Shown here piece after piece: positions 62,921 to 64,000 of a stretch of DNA of 64,000 bases. Below the pieces are notes generated by a model. That model had not been told where the DNA came from, made no database searches, and saw only the letters and a program-made list of their open reading frames with translations. The position numbers were made by a program, and so were the translations under genes. Location of the stretch: NCBI GenBank assembly GCA_002009975.1, contig MTLP01000042.1, positions 273,917 through 337,916 on the forward strand, read 5' to 3'. Each line of letters begins with the position of its first letter. Position 1 is the stretch's first letter. Source of the stretch: Thermococcus sp. JdFR-02. GTDB taxonomy: Archaea > Methanobacteriota_B > Thermococci > Thermococcales > Thermococcaceae.

Positions 62921-63778
62921 ATGAAAATAGTCCTAGGAAGTGGCGCTCAACATTTAAAAGACGAAGTAATTAAAAAAGCCATAAATTATGGAAAGGAAGT
63001 GTTAGAAACTGAAATTAAGAAGTTTCCAGATGGAGAAAAATATATTAGGATTTTAGGAGAAGGGAAAGAAGCTTTAGTTATTCAGTCAACATATAATCCT
63101 CAAGACGAAAACTTAATTGAGCTTTTACTCATAGGAGATTCTTTAAGAGAAAGGGGATTTGAAAGGTTACTTGCCGTTGTGCCGTATTTAGCATACTCAA
63201 GACAGGATAGGGTCACTAAAGAGGGAGAACCGATAAGTGTTAGGGCTATAATGAGGATGCTTTCTCTTTACTACGATGAGCTTTATGTGTTTGACTTGCA
63301 TAATGCAAAAACTTTAGAGTTTTTCCCAAAAAAAGCCACTAATTTATCCCCTGCAAGAGCAATTGCCGAGTATTTTAACGAAAAGCTTGGAGATGGAATA
63401 ATATTAGCTCCCGATAAAGGAGCTCTAGAAAGGGCTAAAGCTGTTGCTGAAATACTTAACCTAGAGTTCAGCCACTTTGAAAAGAAAAGGATCTCACCAA
63501 CGGAAGTTCAAATGCAACCAGTTAATATAGATGTGAAAGGGAAAAACGTTCTCATTGTTGATGACATAATAAGCACTGGAGGGACTATGGTAAAAGCTGC
63601 AAATATACTTAGGAAAATGGGAGCTAAGAATATTTTCGTAAGTGCAACTCATGGTGTATTCGCAAAAGGAGCAATAGAGAGAGTTGAGAATGCAGTAGAT
63701 GAACTGGCTGTAACAAACACCATACCGACACCAGTAAGCAAGATAAGCATTGTTGAAGATATTTTGAGATTAGTTTGA
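62921..63778 (+). CDS. prs: Ribose-phosphate pyrophosphokinase
   Basis: FPDGE, YSRQD, APDKGA and [10 protein letters not shown] motifs. Confidence 0.96.
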   Translation: MKIVLGSGAQHLKDEVIKKAINYGKEVLETEIKKFPDGEKYIRILGEGKEALVIQSTYNPQDENLIELLLIGDSLRERGFERLLAVVPYLAYSRQDRVTKEGEPISVRAIMRMLSLYYDELYVFDLHNAKTLEFFPKKATNLSPARAIAEYFNEKLGDGIILAPDKGALERAKAVAEILNLEFSHFEKKRISPTEVQMQPVNIDVKGKNVLIVDDIISTGGTMVKAANILRKMGAKNIFVSATHGVFAKGAIERVENAVDELAVTNTIPTPVSKISIVEDILRLV

Positions 63779-63917
63779 TCTTCAATTTCAATTTTTATAG
63801 AAACAACTTGTCTGTGAATTCAACACCTCCCTGTTAATTTTTTGATATTTGAAGCTATATTTTGGCATAAAATTGTCAAATCTCTTCATATTTAAAGCTT
63901 TTGCAAAAATTTTTTAT

Positions 63918-64000
63918 TGGGAGGGTTGCCAACTATTGGGTGAAGCCCTCAAACAGAGGGCCCAAGCCCGGGTAAAAAACGGCGGCGTCGAGGGGAGCCA
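63918..64000 (+). ncRNA. GC-rich structured RNA, probably the 5' leader of the 16S-23S rRNA operon (truncated)
   Basis: Abrupt GC rise after an AT-rich promoter-like tract; hairpin GCCCTC-AAACA-GAGGGC flanked by TTGGG/CCCAA; not recognised as tRNA, SRP or RNase P. Confidence 0.45.

Overview
AT-rich chromosomal window from a hyperthermophilic archaeon of the order Thermococcales. The assignment rests on reverse gyrase, TrmBL2, histone B, TFB, form III Rubisco, Phr, FAU-1, RadB, fused HPS/PHI and GGTGA/GGAGG ribosome-binding sites. Most of the roughly 65 CDSs are housekeeping genes. Non-coding features include tRNA-Glu(TTC), a fluoride (crcB) riboswitch, a box C/D sRNA, a Phr operator and a GC-rich structured RNA at the right edge, probably the pre-rRNA leader. 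No CRISPR array, cas gene, IS element or intein was seen. The most notable signal is a translationally coupled pair (36704-38175) outside any CRISPR context: a stand-alone CARF protein with ring-nuclease-like motifs and a large PIN nuclease. It ends an operon that also encodes a degenerate FtsZ/tubulin-like protein. Other highlights are a four-gene fluoride-riboswitch operon with a readable expression platform and two uncharacterised genes, three small proteins missed by the ORF track, an Fe-S/flavoprotein module lacking its dehydrogenase subunit, and a frameshifted lipoprotein. All family calls come from motif recognition by eye; no database search was run.
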